Source of the DNA: Methanobacteriota archaeon
Lineage (GTDB): Archaea > Thermoplasmatota > Thermoplasmata > SG8-5 > JAGLSY01
DNA length: 64,000 bases
Assembly (NCBI GenBank): GCA_020697715.1
Contig: JAEHCO010000001.1
Location: 746,149 to 810,148, forward strand
Reading direction: 5' to 3'
Part shown: positions 37,001 to 47,400 of the stretch, in pieces
Layout: every line of letters starts with the position of its first letter
Position numbering within the stretch: the first letter of the stretch is position 1
Program-made: the position numbers and the translations under genes
The notes under the pieces: generated by a model
What the model was told of the DNA's origin: nothing
The model's input: the letters and a program-made list of their open reading frames with translations, nothing else
Database searches by the model: none

Positions 37001-39470
37001 GAATAATGCAGGAGGGATCAGCTCGAACGGTAATGATCTAATAATAGGGGACAAAATTGCTTTCAATGGTACCATTGATGAGGTAAAGGTCTGGAGTCGT
37101 GCCCTTAATGATACTGAGATATCCGAACGCTATAGCAGTTTCAATGTGACGGCGTCATTAGGTTGGCAGGTCAATGATCCTTCCACTCTGCCTGTTCCGG
37201 GCTCTGGTATCGACCATGGAATCGCAGCCAGCGGGAACAATATATGGTGGTTTGGTGATAATGCAACAGGCAATTACGATACTGGAGAAAGGGTCACAGG
37301 AAGTCTTGTATCTCCAGAAACACATCTACCCGGTTCCTCTTTGACTGGTCAATTGGCGTTCAGCCACTGGTTCGATGTCGAGCCAGGCAATCCCGGTATG
37401 GATATGATGACCGTGTCCATAAAGAACACCACTGATGGTGTTTGGACAGAATTGAGATACTGGGACAGCGACAGTACCCCGATATCCAGTTGGGACAATG
37501 AGACAATAGACATCACTGGATGGTTGGGTAATGATGTCCAGGTGAGCTTCACATTTGATTCCGTGGATGAGAACAATAATGACTATGCGGGATGGCACAT
37601 CGATAATATCACTTTCCAGACCGATGGCGGCGCGTACATTGTCGTTGGTGATATCCCAACAGGAGCGGGCTATTCGGCCTATGTCATGGACGATCTGGGT
37701 AATATGAAAGATATCGATGGAATGAATACCATCGGGTTCAATGATGTGGCTGGCGATCCAGACTCAGCTTCTTTCGTAGCTGTAGGTGGCGATGTAGGAA
37801 TTTACTATGATGGCGGGAGTTGGAATGTATTAACTGGCATCATCGCAGGAGATTCCATGAATGGAGTGGAGTTCAATGGAACTCATTTCTTCATTGTGGG
37901 TCATGATTCGGGTGGCCTGGGCAAGTCATTTTACATAACACAAAGTGAGCTGGATTCAGGTCAGTTCGCCCTACATTCCATAGCCAATACCCCGTCCAAG
38001 AGATTGAATTCAATAGACTGGCATAATGATGTAGGTTCTGGCACCGGCCTGGTCTGTGCTGAAGGAGCCGTATACCTTCTGAGCAGTAGCTTCACATGGC
38101 AGGAGCTATCAGGTAATAATGCCACAGTGGATTACACTGCGTCAACTTGGAATGAGACAGGCATGAGGGCCATAATAGTCGGCAATACACCGACAAGAAG
38201 TGTGGCCTACGATCTCTACGATGGTAATGACTATATATCTAAAGTTCCAGACTATGATAATTTATTCCAGAACCACAAACTATACGGTGCCGAGTACCAG
38301 CCTATCACTGAAGGAGATACAGAGGTAATGCTGGTAGGAGCCAGTGCCTTCAAGATAATACCAAAGTTCTTCGACCAGACCACACAGGTATCGGTGGAGA
38401 CAGATCGCCCCTCATTATTCGACATCCAATTTTATAAGACAAGTGATGGTACAAAAGCATCCAGGCTCAATACCCAGATCAATGTTGAAGATACCTACAC
38501 ATTCTACACTGAAGTAAATTACAGCTCAGGTGGTAGTGATATGCTGTTCGATGGGATCAATAATACAGCAATGGACATAATCGCATGGTACGATGATGGT
38601 GGGGTCAATGAGTTCACTATTCCGGCTGAGGATGCAGAACACAGGAACAGGATGTTCAATGTCACATGGTATGAGGGAGATGGTGGAGGATCACCTCAGA
38701 ATGCCATAATGAAGTACCCGATAGCCAGCCCTGGAACCAATGAGTTCCAGGTGATGGGCTTTAACAGTGGTCCTGCGGGTGGAGATCACTGGTGGATTGA
38801 GATCGAGGTCTATATTGGATCCCAGGCCAATGCGGCAGATGGCATTGGATTTGGAAATGGTGTATCGGGCAATGAAAGTGATGCCATACAATCCTTCAAT
38901 GATGCGGATTCATGGAATTTCATGATAAATATGCATGATATTGGATCTCCAACAGCTTCGGATATCAGATACGAGGAGTTTGGATTGTTCAGATTCACGA
39001 ACATAACGGTATCTGGAAATCCTGGTGGAAGTGCACCTCCGGGCACGACCGATCATGCCCTTAGTGGTGGAAGCCTGATCACATACTCCACCAATGTGGA
39101 TCATTTTGTAAATGTGTCAATACCAGACATGCTAAGAGATGGAGGGGGAGGCAGCATACTGGCAACCAATGTCAATGTCTCGACGTCCAGTGTTCTTGCA
39201 AATAATTCAAATTCACAGATCGACAGCTCTTGGGGTCCTGCTGGAAGGTCCTTCTCAGGAGCCAATATGCCGCTTGGTGTTTGGGGCAATGCCAGCCAGG
39301 TGGATAAGGACATTGATGCCCCGAAAAATGGAACAACGGCCCACGGGCCATGGGGCTCGGATTTCAATGGTCATGGCGCCACTGTCGTACTTTGGTATGT
39401 CAGTGTGCCAGCCGCAACTATTGAAGGAGTTTACCGGGCCAAGGTGACATTCACAATAGAATACTATTGA
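34086..39470 (+). CDS. Array protein A5: scaffold with split MAM-like domain containing three LamG-like domains, the third split by DUF2341
   Basis: 3x VG.WK.DEG...AL.FDG...F.G.IDEV; GWKFKK...DFSKA..NGDDIRF...LDYWI...IYMHYGN; ends GVYRAKVTFTIEYY. Confidence 0.85.
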   Translation: MNRKLVSTLIIAILLSVSFGYGLVMNAGASNFVEDIEGPDATFRDVIWNNNGTSSYVVGNDSANNGVVYTYTAEDETWNPISSVAGDSYNAISRTGSYTWTDDIESGSNGWTTDNWQSSTPAPAPTSSNSSLVGEWKFDEGVGQYTNDTSGRDNDGTLLDFDPGNADLNTPPVWTPNGVSGSALYFDGVDDYVDIDYIPNTFNNHDFSISVWVHPTASMSYGVIYAVGETGGGADKAIEFKLSSGVVDIWHWSDNWNTGCTVNLGEWTYLTYNYVSSTKTGSIYVDGQFENSHIFSGYLDINDDGYIPSQIGLGYPGRYYKGYIDEVQIYNKTLSSTEISDKYNITGNKVGEWKLDEGAGINAADTSQHSNLGTLTNMDDTNWVDGIFGKALHFDGSSEFVDCGNDTSLDLPHRFSIEAWVKPTSAGTGTYRTVVSKAIQNTATGISYAYLLSTDNRVIIYLGNGVTSENYISNTPLTPDVWNHIAIVATDTELISYLNGQPDGAKLTHTVTPQVIGSNVRIGVKAMAPTQYFNGAIDEVNIWNYSLSPDDILANYNNSLSNALVGDWKLDEGSGFLASDDTQYENDGALINMEEADWVDGISGKALLFDGVDEFVNCGNDSSLDMIDELTLEAWFKPQADGWKFKKALTISGSASPLTNHQVKIDLDAGNFDFSKADPNGDDIRFYDDLGTKLDYWIANWGAGLATVWVNVSSIPISGTTIYMHYGNSVASSESDHTAVFEPYTITYNIASSAGTFGNVGSSMYLGSPVNAPGGKALNIVTQTGMSFSTASFPIDLELQIWDGLSDPSTLEYTFSPQTVSTLGWFYSPVEFQEVDINNGLWVVIHKLAGGTASGVDCASTIPSGLGRYSADGASWNSWGGNPPSVFFNGYMRNTAIPEPSIIVGDENVVGISKLDAYGMGADTSSVYSSINGVVIDSAIVAGWNHAALTYDSALGSNHMKLYVNGALAGQANNAGGISSNGNDLIIGDKIAFNGTIDEVKVWSRALNDTEISERYSSFNVTASLGWQVNDPSTLPVPGSGIDHGIAASGNNIWWFGDNATGNYDTGERVTGSLVSPETHLPGSSLTGQLAFSHWFDVEPGNPGMDMMTVSIKNTTDGVWTELRYWDSDSTPISSWDNETIDITGWLGNDVQVSFTFDSVDENNNDYAGWHIDNITFQTDGGAYIVVGDIPTGAGYSAYVMDDLGNMKDIDGMNTIGFNDVAGDPDSASFVAVGGDVGIYYDGGSWNVLTGIIAGDSMNGVEFNGTHFFIVGHDSGGLGKSFYITQSELDSGQFALHSIANTPSKRLNSIDWHNDVGSGTGLVCAEGAVYLLSSSFTWQELSGNNATVDYTASTWNETGMRAIIVGNTPTRSVAYDLYDGNDYISKVPDYDNLFQNHKLYGAEYQPITEGDTEVMLVGASAFKIIPKFFDQTTQVSVETDRPSLFDIQFYKTSDGTKASRLNTQINVEDTYTFYTEVNYSSGGSDMLFDGINNTAMDIIAWYDDGGVNEFTIPAEDAEHRNRMFNVTWYEGDGGGSPQNAIMKYPIASPGTNEFQVMGFNSGPAGGDHWWIEIEVYIGSQANAADGIGFGNGVSGNESDAIQSFNDADSWNFMINMHDIGSPTASDIRYEEFGLFRFTNITVSGNPGGSAPPGTTDHALSGGSLITYSTNVDHFVNVSIPDMLRDGGGGSILATNVNVSTSSVLANNSNSQIDSSWGPAGRSFSGANMPLGVWGNASQVDKDIDAPKNGTTAHGPWGSDFNGHGATVVLWYVSVPAATIEGVYRAKVTFTIEYY

Positions 39471-39489
39471 AAAAGATGGAGGAATATAG

Positions 39490-41715
39490 ATGAACAGAAA
39501 GCTGGCCGTAATGGCGATAGTGACCGCGATGGTCTGTCTCAGCTTAGCGAGCGTGTCTCCCAGCGTAGGTGCAGGAGATGTAGGTGGCGATGTGGTGGAG
39601 AAACTGCTCTCAACACCAGCAGGCATGATATTCGAAGATATTGCATGGTCTGATGATGGGACGATAGCATTGGCCGTTGGTTATGATTCCAATGGTGATG
39701 GAAGGAATGCCGCTTGGTATTATCCTGATATCAATACATGGGCATCGATCAACAATTATCCATACCCTGCTGGCTATACTTTGAATGCTGTTGCATGGAG
39801 TACGCAGAACAGTATGTTCTACATGGCTGGAGAAACAGATGGTGGCAGCTTGATCACGTGCTATTACATAACCAAAGGTGGTGCTACAGTAACACGATTG
39901 CCATCTAGCGGAACCGAACCCACCTTGTCCATGAATGACATTGCCGTTGATGTTTATGGTAATGCACTTGCTGTCGGATCCGATGATAGGGTCTATTTCT
40001 TCCATAACAGTGGTGGAACCTGGTATCCTGTGAATGATGCAGATGATGCACTGCCCAATGCGGATTACTTTGGTGTTGATTATGAATCCACCTACCAGCG
40101 CTTCTACATTGTGGGAGAGGTACAGGGCGGAGGTGAGGCAATGATCACCTACACAAATATGATACCAAATGCTGGTGTTATTCCTGCCAGCCATATCAAT
40201 TATCTATCAGCACAATTGCCATTTCTTCCAGAGTTCTACTCCATCGCCTGGAACAATGATCCAAATATGCCTGCAGCTGATAAATACGCTCTAGTGGGTG
40301 GAACCGATATCCTGATAGGAATTGGCCTTGTAGAAGAAGGAATGCAGTTCTATCCAGGCACAGGTAGCTATCCAAATGGTGTCTATCATCACATAACTTG
40401 GGATGAATCCACATGGGAAGAGGCCTCATTGATATCCAATGTGGGCACTACCAGTTATCTTTATCAGTTCATCAACAGTTCGAAGAGCATTGTTCTTCTC
40501 GGTCAGAAGACTCAGCCAGACACTTACAATGCTGTGGATTACAAGCCTCCTGCGAGCCCCAGCTGGGGATTTGTAGTTGGAGCAACAGGCGGATACCAGA
40601 TCAATACCAATGCCTTCCATTCCGATACCACGATAACCATCAGCTCGGATATGCCACATATCTTCTCCATGGATATGTGGAAGCAGTCCGCTGGTATCGG
40701 CGGAGCCTCCAAATTCAATACCCAGGTCGATGTGAATACTGTATACACTTTCGCCATCGAGATAAATTACACGGTGGGTGGGGTCAATAAGATCTTTGAT
40801 GGAATAGATGATGTGCGTATTGTCCTGGAAGCCTATTATGACGAAGGTAGTGCCGGTAGTTTCGCCGAGCCTACCTGGGCTACCACTGATAATCGAACAA
40901 GGCAGTTCAGTTTCCTATGGGAAGAAGGTGTTGCCGGTGATTCCGTGAACATGGTCTATCCGATTGGCAGTCCTGGAACAGATGAGGTCCAGCTGGTTAA
41001 TGGATGGCGAGATCCTGTAGGCTATGGTGGAGATGGATTCACTTTCAAATTATACTTCAATGTGTCATTCGGAGCCCAAATGCGGGCTGCCGATGGCAAT
41101 GGATTCGGCAATGGTGCCTCATCAGAACCATGGGATGAGGCAGCGTCCTTTGATGATCTCAATTCCTGGAATATAGGTATGATGATCTATGATGGCGCTT
41201 ACCCTGGTGCGGCCAATGCCTCATATGAGGAGTTCGGCGTGTTCCAGTATTCGAACATCACAGTATCTGGAAGTCCCGCAGGCAATGCGCCACCTGGAAC
41301 AGTAGACCAGGTTCTCGGTAATCCAAGCCAGATCACAGTAACTTCCAATATTCCTTATTATGTCAATGTGTCAGTGCCAGACCTTGCAAAGATCGGAGGC
41401 GGTCTACCTATATCTGCTAATAATGTGAAGGTCAGGTCGACTAGCACATTGGCATCTGATACTAACAGTATGATCAGAAATATGCAGGCATTCCCTGCAG
41501 CAAATGTGAACATCAGTGTATGGGGAAACACCAGCCAAGTTTTCAGCAACTGGATGGTGGCAGCACCGATGAATGGAACGACGGCCCACGGGCCATGGGG
41601 TTCTGATTACAATGGTTATGCGACCACGGACCTACTCTGGTATGTGACCATTCCTGGTGCCACTGCCGAGGGGATCTACCAGGCGACCATCACCTTCAGG
41701 ATCGGATATTATTAG
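39490..41715 (+). CDS. Array protein A6: insert-free scaffold (741 aa)
   Basis: Propeller blades contiguous where A1/A3/A4 carry inserts; ends GIYQATITFRIGYY. Confidence 0.85.
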   Translation: MNRKLAVMAIVTAMVCLSLASVSPSVGAGDVGGDVVEKLLSTPAGMIFEDIAWSDDGTIALAVGYDSNGDGRNAAWYYPDINTWASINNYPYPAGYTLNAVAWSTQNSMFYMAGETDGGSLITCYYITKGGATVTRLPSSGTEPTLSMNDIAVDVYGNALAVGSDDRVYFFHNSGGTWYPVNDADDALPNADYFGVDYESTYQRFYIVGEVQGGGEAMITYTNMIPNAGVIPASHINYLSAQLPFLPEFYSIAWNNDPNMPAADKYALVGGTDILIGIGLVEEGMQFYPGTGSYPNGVYHHITWDESTWEEASLISNVGTTSYLYQFINSSKSIVLLGQKTQPDTYNAVDYKPPASPSWGFVVGATGGYQINTNAFHSDTTITISSDMPHIFSMDMWKQSAGIGGASKFNTQVDVNTVYTFAIEINYTVGGVNKIFDGIDDVRIVLEAYYDEGSAGSFAEPTWATTDNRTRQFSFLWEEGVAGDSVNMVYPIGSPGTDEVQLVNGWRDPVGYGGDGFTFKLYFNVSFGAQMRAADGNGFGNGASSEPWDEAASFDDLNSWNIGMMIYDGAYPGAANASYEEFGVFQYSNITVSGSPAGNAPPGTVDQVLGNPSQITVTSNIPYYVNVSVPDLAKIGGGLPISANNVKVRSTSTLASDTNSMIRNMQAFPAANVNISVWGNTSQVFSNWMVAAPMNGTTAHGPWGSDYNGYATTDLLWYVTIPGATAEGIYQATITFRIGYY

Positions 41716-41721
41716 GGGGAT

Positions 41722-44418
41722 ATGATGAAAAAACTGATAACGATAACATTGTGCCTCCTGATGGCATTGTCCAGCCTGGGCTATATCTCCCAGAATGTGG
41801 ACGCTGAGAATTCCTCCATGCCCTTTGTGGAGATGAGCACAGGATACCCGGGTGCGGATCAAGTGTGGGATCAGGAGCATTTATCATCCAACATGGGAAC
41901 AGGACCTATCGGTCAGAGCTTCTCTATGGCCTTTGCTGCCCAGAGAATTACTGCTGGACTCGATGGTGATTTGATAGAATTCAGTGTTTACATAGAATCA
42001 TTCACTGGCTCTGGTAATGTCTATTACGATATTCGTAGTGCGACATCCTCTGGTAGCTCTCTCATTGGAGGATTCCAAGGTGTATCAATATTGACCTTGA
42101 CCAGCGGAACCTGGAACTCTTTCACACTCCCTGCACCATTGCCACTTTCATCTGGCCAAATGATCTATCTTGTATTGTCAGCAGATCCTGGAACCAATTT
42201 CCACTGGAGGATGAATGATCCAGGTTCTTATGGAGGTGGAGTTACATATGAATCAAATAATGATCTCACTTGGATATTGCTCAATGGTGGAAGTGGAGAT
42301 TTCACCTTCAGGACCCTGATGGAGATACCATCTGGTGGTCTCAGCAAAGTGGCATGGCACAGCAATGGAGAATATGCTGTTGCTGTCACAGGCTTCGATG
42401 ATGAGATATGGAAATTCACCAGAGACACAGGTACATGGTCATCTCTAGGCCATATTGCTGCTGGAGCTGTCTACACCGATATAGTGTATGACGATTTCAC
42501 AGAGGTCTTTTACTTTGTAGGATGGAAATCTACCAATAATCCATATGTTGTCAGATATGATGGATCTGGCTTCTCCGATTGTGGAGTTCCTCAAGATGTG
42601 GGCACGCGCCTATATGGTGTGGAAGTTTGTGGTGGAGTGAACGGATACCGAATACTTGTCACTGGAGAGGATGGTAGCGATGGCTATGCAGCTTGGTATA
42701 ATGGCGGCTGGACCGAGATCAGAGGAGGAGTCGCTGGCTGGGTTCCCGGAGAGGTTGCTCGTGTTGAGGATGCCACATGGAATCAAAGAACCAATCCAGT
42801 AACTTCAAAGCATTACCTTGTTGGGCACGATGATGAAAGTACTGGCTTTGTTTATGAACTAGGGGCCCCGGGCGACACGACAGTCACTAGACTGTACGCC
42901 ACTTACGATGATGACATAGATTGGATGAATGCAATATCATGGAATCCAGGATGGGCAGAGGGATCACAATATGATTATGCTATCATGGCCGGAATGAACA
43001 ATGAAGGCTGGGGAAATATATGGACGTTCGATGGCACCAATAAACCAGAGGCTATCCTGACATCCTCAGACACCTTCCATGATGTCGCTTGGACCACCGA
43101 TGGCAGTATGGCTGTTATTGTTGGAGAGGATTCAAGTGGTAATGGCAAGGTCTTGCATCATGGTGCTGGAACAGTTCTATTGGCCGATATGACATCGGAT
43201 CTTCCTCAAGGGACTGGCCCATTGTTCGGAATCGCTTACAAGGGATACACAAGCCCAAGCTCTGGCATAATAGTCGGAGCCAGTGGTGGCACCGCGACAT
43301 ATCCATCAGCATCGGACTCACTGACTACCATAACAGTGAATGCGGCCTTCCCTCACATGTTCACTATCGATATGTGGAAGACCAGTGATGCTGGACAGAG
43401 TTCCACACTAAATAGTGGAGTCGATGTGGAGACCACGTACACCTTCTACACAGAGATAAATTACACTGTAAGCGGATCGGACGAGCTCTTTGATGGAAAT
43501 AACAATACTTTCATCGATCTTCTCATCTGGTATGATGAAGGTACCGAGGCAGGTACCCCCGTTCCCGATGATCAACACAGGACAAGGTACTGTGTGGCCA
43601 GATGGTACGAGACAGCTGGTCCCGGACCTATTTCGGTCACTGGCTCTATTCTGTATCCCACAGCACCGAACGAATTCATTCTTGACAGCGTGGGATGTAG
43701 CGGACCCTTCGGGATCAATGATCGATACGCGGTCTGGATGAACATCACTTTCGGAGCCCAGATGCGCGCTGCGGATGGAAATGGTTTCGGTAATGGAGCA
43801 TCAAGCAACATATATGATGATGGCCAGTCACATGACGATATCAATAGTTGGAATATCGCCTACACAGTTTTCGACAATGATTATTCTGGAGCATCGAACA
43901 TCACATATGAGGAGTTCGGTGTCAATAAGCTGACCAATATCACGGCCTTGGGAAATCCAGGAGGAAATGCACCTCCTGGAGCCAGTGACATCTCCATTGG
44001 TGTCAGCGCGATCACATGTTCTGCAAATGTGCCATACTATGTCAACTGCTCACTGCCTAATTTGACCAATGGAGGTGGTGATGAGATAGAGGCCACGAAC
44101 ATCGCGATCATGCTTATGGGTCTTTATCCTGCGGGATTTGATTATGAGCCATACACTGAGATCAATGCATCCTGGAGTGCTACTGGAAGACCATTCTCAG
44201 CAGCAAATGAATCAAGAATGATATGGGGTAATGCAAGCCGGGCACCTGGAAATCAGATGCTTCCAGTTCCAGATAATGGAACATCGGCTCATGGGCCGTG
44301 GGGTTCGGATTTCAATGGGTTCGGCTCGACCTTCGTCCAATGGTGGGCGAGCGTGCCAGCAGCCACACCCGAAGGCATCTATACTGCGACAATAACATTT
44401 GAAATGGGGGAGTTCTGA
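41722..44418 (+). CDS. Array protein A7: scaffold with ~155-aa N-proximal beta-sandwich insert
   Basis: GYP[...AQRITAG.DG.L...Y.GG...DFTFRT]..LSKVAW; ends GIYTATITFEMGEF. Confidence 0.85.
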   Translation: MMKKLITITLCLLMALSSLGYISQNVDAENSSMPFVEMSTGYPGADQVWDQEHLSSNMGTGPIGQSFSMAFAAQRITAGLDGDLIEFSVYIESFTGSGNVYYDIRSATSSGSSLIGGFQGVSILTLTSGTWNSFTLPAPLPLSSGQMIYLVLSADPGTNFHWRMNDPGSYGGGVTYESNNDLTWILLNGGSGDFTFRTLMEIPSGGLSKVAWHSNGEYAVAVTGFDDEIWKFTRDTGTWSSLGHIAAGAVYTDIVYDDFTEVFYFVGWKSTNNPYVVRYDGSGFSDCGVPQDVGTRLYGVEVCGGVNGYRILVTGEDGSDGYAAWYNGGWTEIRGGVAGWVPGEVARVEDATWNQRTNPVTSKHYLVGHDDESTGFVYELGAPGDTTVTRLYATYDDDIDWMNAISWNPGWAEGSQYDYAIMAGMNNEGWGNIWTFDGTNKPEAILTSSDTFHDVAWTTDGSMAVIVGEDSSGNGKVLHHGAGTVLLADMTSDLPQGTGPLFGIAYKGYTSPSSGIIVGASGGTATYPSASDSLTTITVNAAFPHMFTIDMWKTSDAGQSSTLNSGVDVETTYTFYTEINYTVSGSDELFDGNNNTFIDLLIWYDEGTEAGTPVPDDQHRTRYCVARWYETAGPGPISVTGSILYPTAPNEFILDSVGCSGPFGINDRYAVWMNITFGAQMRAADGNGFGNGASSNIYDDGQSHDDINSWNIAYTVFDNDYSGASNITYEEFGVNKLTNITALGNPGGNAPPGASDISIGVSAITCSANVPYYVNCSLPNLTNGGGDEIEATNIAIMLMGLYPAGFDYEPYTEINASWSATGRPFSAANESRMIWGNASRAPGNQMLPVPDNGTSAHGPWGSDFNGFGSTFVQWWASVPAATPEGIYTATITFEMGEF

Positions 44419-44419
44419 A

Positions 44420-47400
44420 ATGACTGACAGGGCGACTTTCTGGATTAGAACACGAAGGAACCTGGCCGCAAGGGATATTCGACGGTCAGTCAGCCTTGCT
44501 TTAGCTTTAGCTATATTGTTCAGCTCACTCTCTATTATAATGGCTCCCAATGCTACTGGCTCGATATTCACTGACCTAAGCAGCCCGAATGCCACATTCA
44601 GAGATGTCGTGTGGCATGAAGATGGAGAATATGCGATGGTGGTTGGGAATGATTCATCCAGCAATGGTGTCGCCTACAGGTATGGGGCAGCAGAGGAGAC
44701 ATGGGATCAACTCATGAGCGTACCTGGTGATAGTTACAATGCTGTTACCAAAACCGAGGAATACGCATGGTGGGATACCTTCGAGGATGGGGAGAATGGC
44801 TGGACGACCAATACCTGGGAAGAAACACCGACCAGTTCACTTGTTGGTGAATGGAAGTTCGATGAAGGCTATGGCCAGTATGTGAATGACACCAGTACCA
44901 AGAACAATGTCGGAGAATTGAGGCCGATCTACCCATCAAATGTTCCGACATGGACAGCTGATGGCTTCTCCAATAGCGCACTATACTTCGATGGTTTAGA
45001 TGACAGGGTTGAAACAGATTATATTCCTAATACCTTCAATCTGCATGACCACTCTATCAAGGCCTGGGTGTATCCCACTATTGACAAAACCAATTCTGTT
45101 ATTTATGGAATTGGAGAAACAGGAATAAATGGTAAGAACCTTGAATTGAAGATAGATTCAGGTGAATTGCAGATATGGCATTGGGGATGGAACTGGTACA
45201 CTGGTATAACTATCGACATCAATAAGTGGACGCATATTGCCTATACTTACACTACCAACAATAAGACAGGGAACGTCTATGTGAATGGACAATACATAGA
45301 CAGCTTTGTGTATGGAGGATATTTGAACATTCTCAATGACGCCAACATACCCAGCCAGATAGGTATGAGCCTAGCCGGCAGAAACTTCAAGGGCTTCATA
45401 GACGAGGTCCAGATCTATAATCGAACTCTTACAACCACTGAGATCTCGAGTTATTATGATCTAACTGGCAACAAGATTGGAGAATGGAGCTTTGAAGAGG
45501 GTGCGGGAACCTTTACTGAGGATGCCACCCAGCATAGTAATGATGGCACGCTCATAAATATGGAAGAAGCCGACTGGGTGACAGGACCTTCAGGACAAGC
45601 TCTGATCTTCGATGGCTTAAATGAGTACATAAGAGTTGATGATGAGCCATCCTTGAACCTTACCTCGACCTTCACCTTAGAGGCCTGGATATACATGGTC
45701 AATGGTGGTAAATGGCAGTGTGTGGTTGCCAAAGCAAATCTGAACACGGCGGCCGACATATCATATCACTGGAGGGTGAGTATGACAAATCAGGTCCAGG
45801 TATTCCTGAGCAATGGTGTCACGTCTGAAAATGTATTCGGAAATACACCGTTGCAGGAAGATACCTGGCATCATATCGCAGTAGTGGCCACAGGTAGCCA
45901 ATACAAATTCTATCTCAATGGCCAGCCAGATGGTACTTTCCCACAGACCTATTCCCCCCAGATAATAAGCGCACCATTGAGGATCGGTTCTCACGGCAAT
46001 ACTCATTTCTTTGATGGGGCCATTGATGAGGTCAATATCTGGGATTGCGATCTTTCTGATGCTGATATTCAAAATCATTATGAAAGATATCTCAACAACT
46101 ATTATGATAATCTGACGAGAGTGGGTGACTGGGATTTCGATGAGGGTGCTGGCTTTGCAGTTAATGATGATAGCATATACGGAAATGATGGATCCCTCGT
46201 CAATATGGAGGGAGACGAGTGGGTGGGAGGCATATCCGGAGATGCACTGGAACTCGATGGTGTAGATGAATACGTATCTATTCCACACAGTCCCAGCCTG
46301 GACATCACAGATGAGGTCACGATCGAGGCCTTCATAAAGCCAGTGGAAAGCTTTGATTATTATGGAATTGTGTCAAAGAGGACAGCTGCTGGCGATATCC
46401 AGTATTACTTCAGGATATTCAATGACAATCTGGAATTCTATTACACATTCAGCGGTGGAGCGCATGTGTTCCGTTCAGATCATACTGTTATATTGAATGA
46501 ATGGCAGCATGTGGCCATGACCTATAAATCAGGGGATGGAAGCAGTGCGAAGATATACCTGAACGGTGTCTTGGCCAGTGGATATTGGAGCAGTGGCGAT
46601 GGATTATCGCCCCTGGAATCCAATGCCGCAGATGTATGGATAGGAGCCTGCGAATTTGGTGATTATTACTTCAATGGAACAATGGACAATGTGAAGATCC
46701 ATAGCAGGATACTGAATCAATCGGAGATATCTGAATCCTACAATGGTGCCTTCAGTTCAGAATGGCATTTGGTGGACCCTGCAACCTTACCAGATGCAGG
46801 CTCTGGCACATCCCACGGCACAGCCAAGAGTCCAGACAATATCTGGTGGTTCGGAGATGCTACCAAGGGAAATTACGACAATGGAGAAAGAGTGATGGGG
46901 AGTTTAGTATCTCCACCAAAGTATCTCCCCAGCATTTCCAACTTCGGTCTTGTTGTTTTCAATCATTGGTTCGATATAGAATCTGCTGGCCCGGATGCTG
47001 ATATAATGTCAGTTTCCATAAAGAACACTACGGATTCAGAATGGTACCTCCTCAAAACATGGGACAGTGAATCCATTCCTATATCCGACTGGCAACAGGA
47101 GATCATTTATGTAAGTGGGTGGTGTGGCAATACTGTCCAAGTAAAATTCACCTTTGATTCAGATGATGGAAGCTTCAATGACTTTGCAGGCTGGCATATT
47201 GATGATTTCGCCTTCTATACAAATGGAGCTTATGTCGTGGTCGGCGATATCCCAACAGGAGCAGGATACTCCGCTTATTCTGTCGATCTCGGCAGTGGTT
47301 ACAGTGATATTGATGGAATGGACTTCATCAGCTTCAATGATGTGGCTGCTGGCTTGATACCCGCGACCTTCCTGGCCGTGGGAGATTCCGGCCAGGGTAG

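Noticed and set aside
25135-37620. Large in-frame inserts as inteins
   Set aside because: No C/S...HN splice junctions or LAGLIDADG motifs; inserts are recognisable extracellular binding domains
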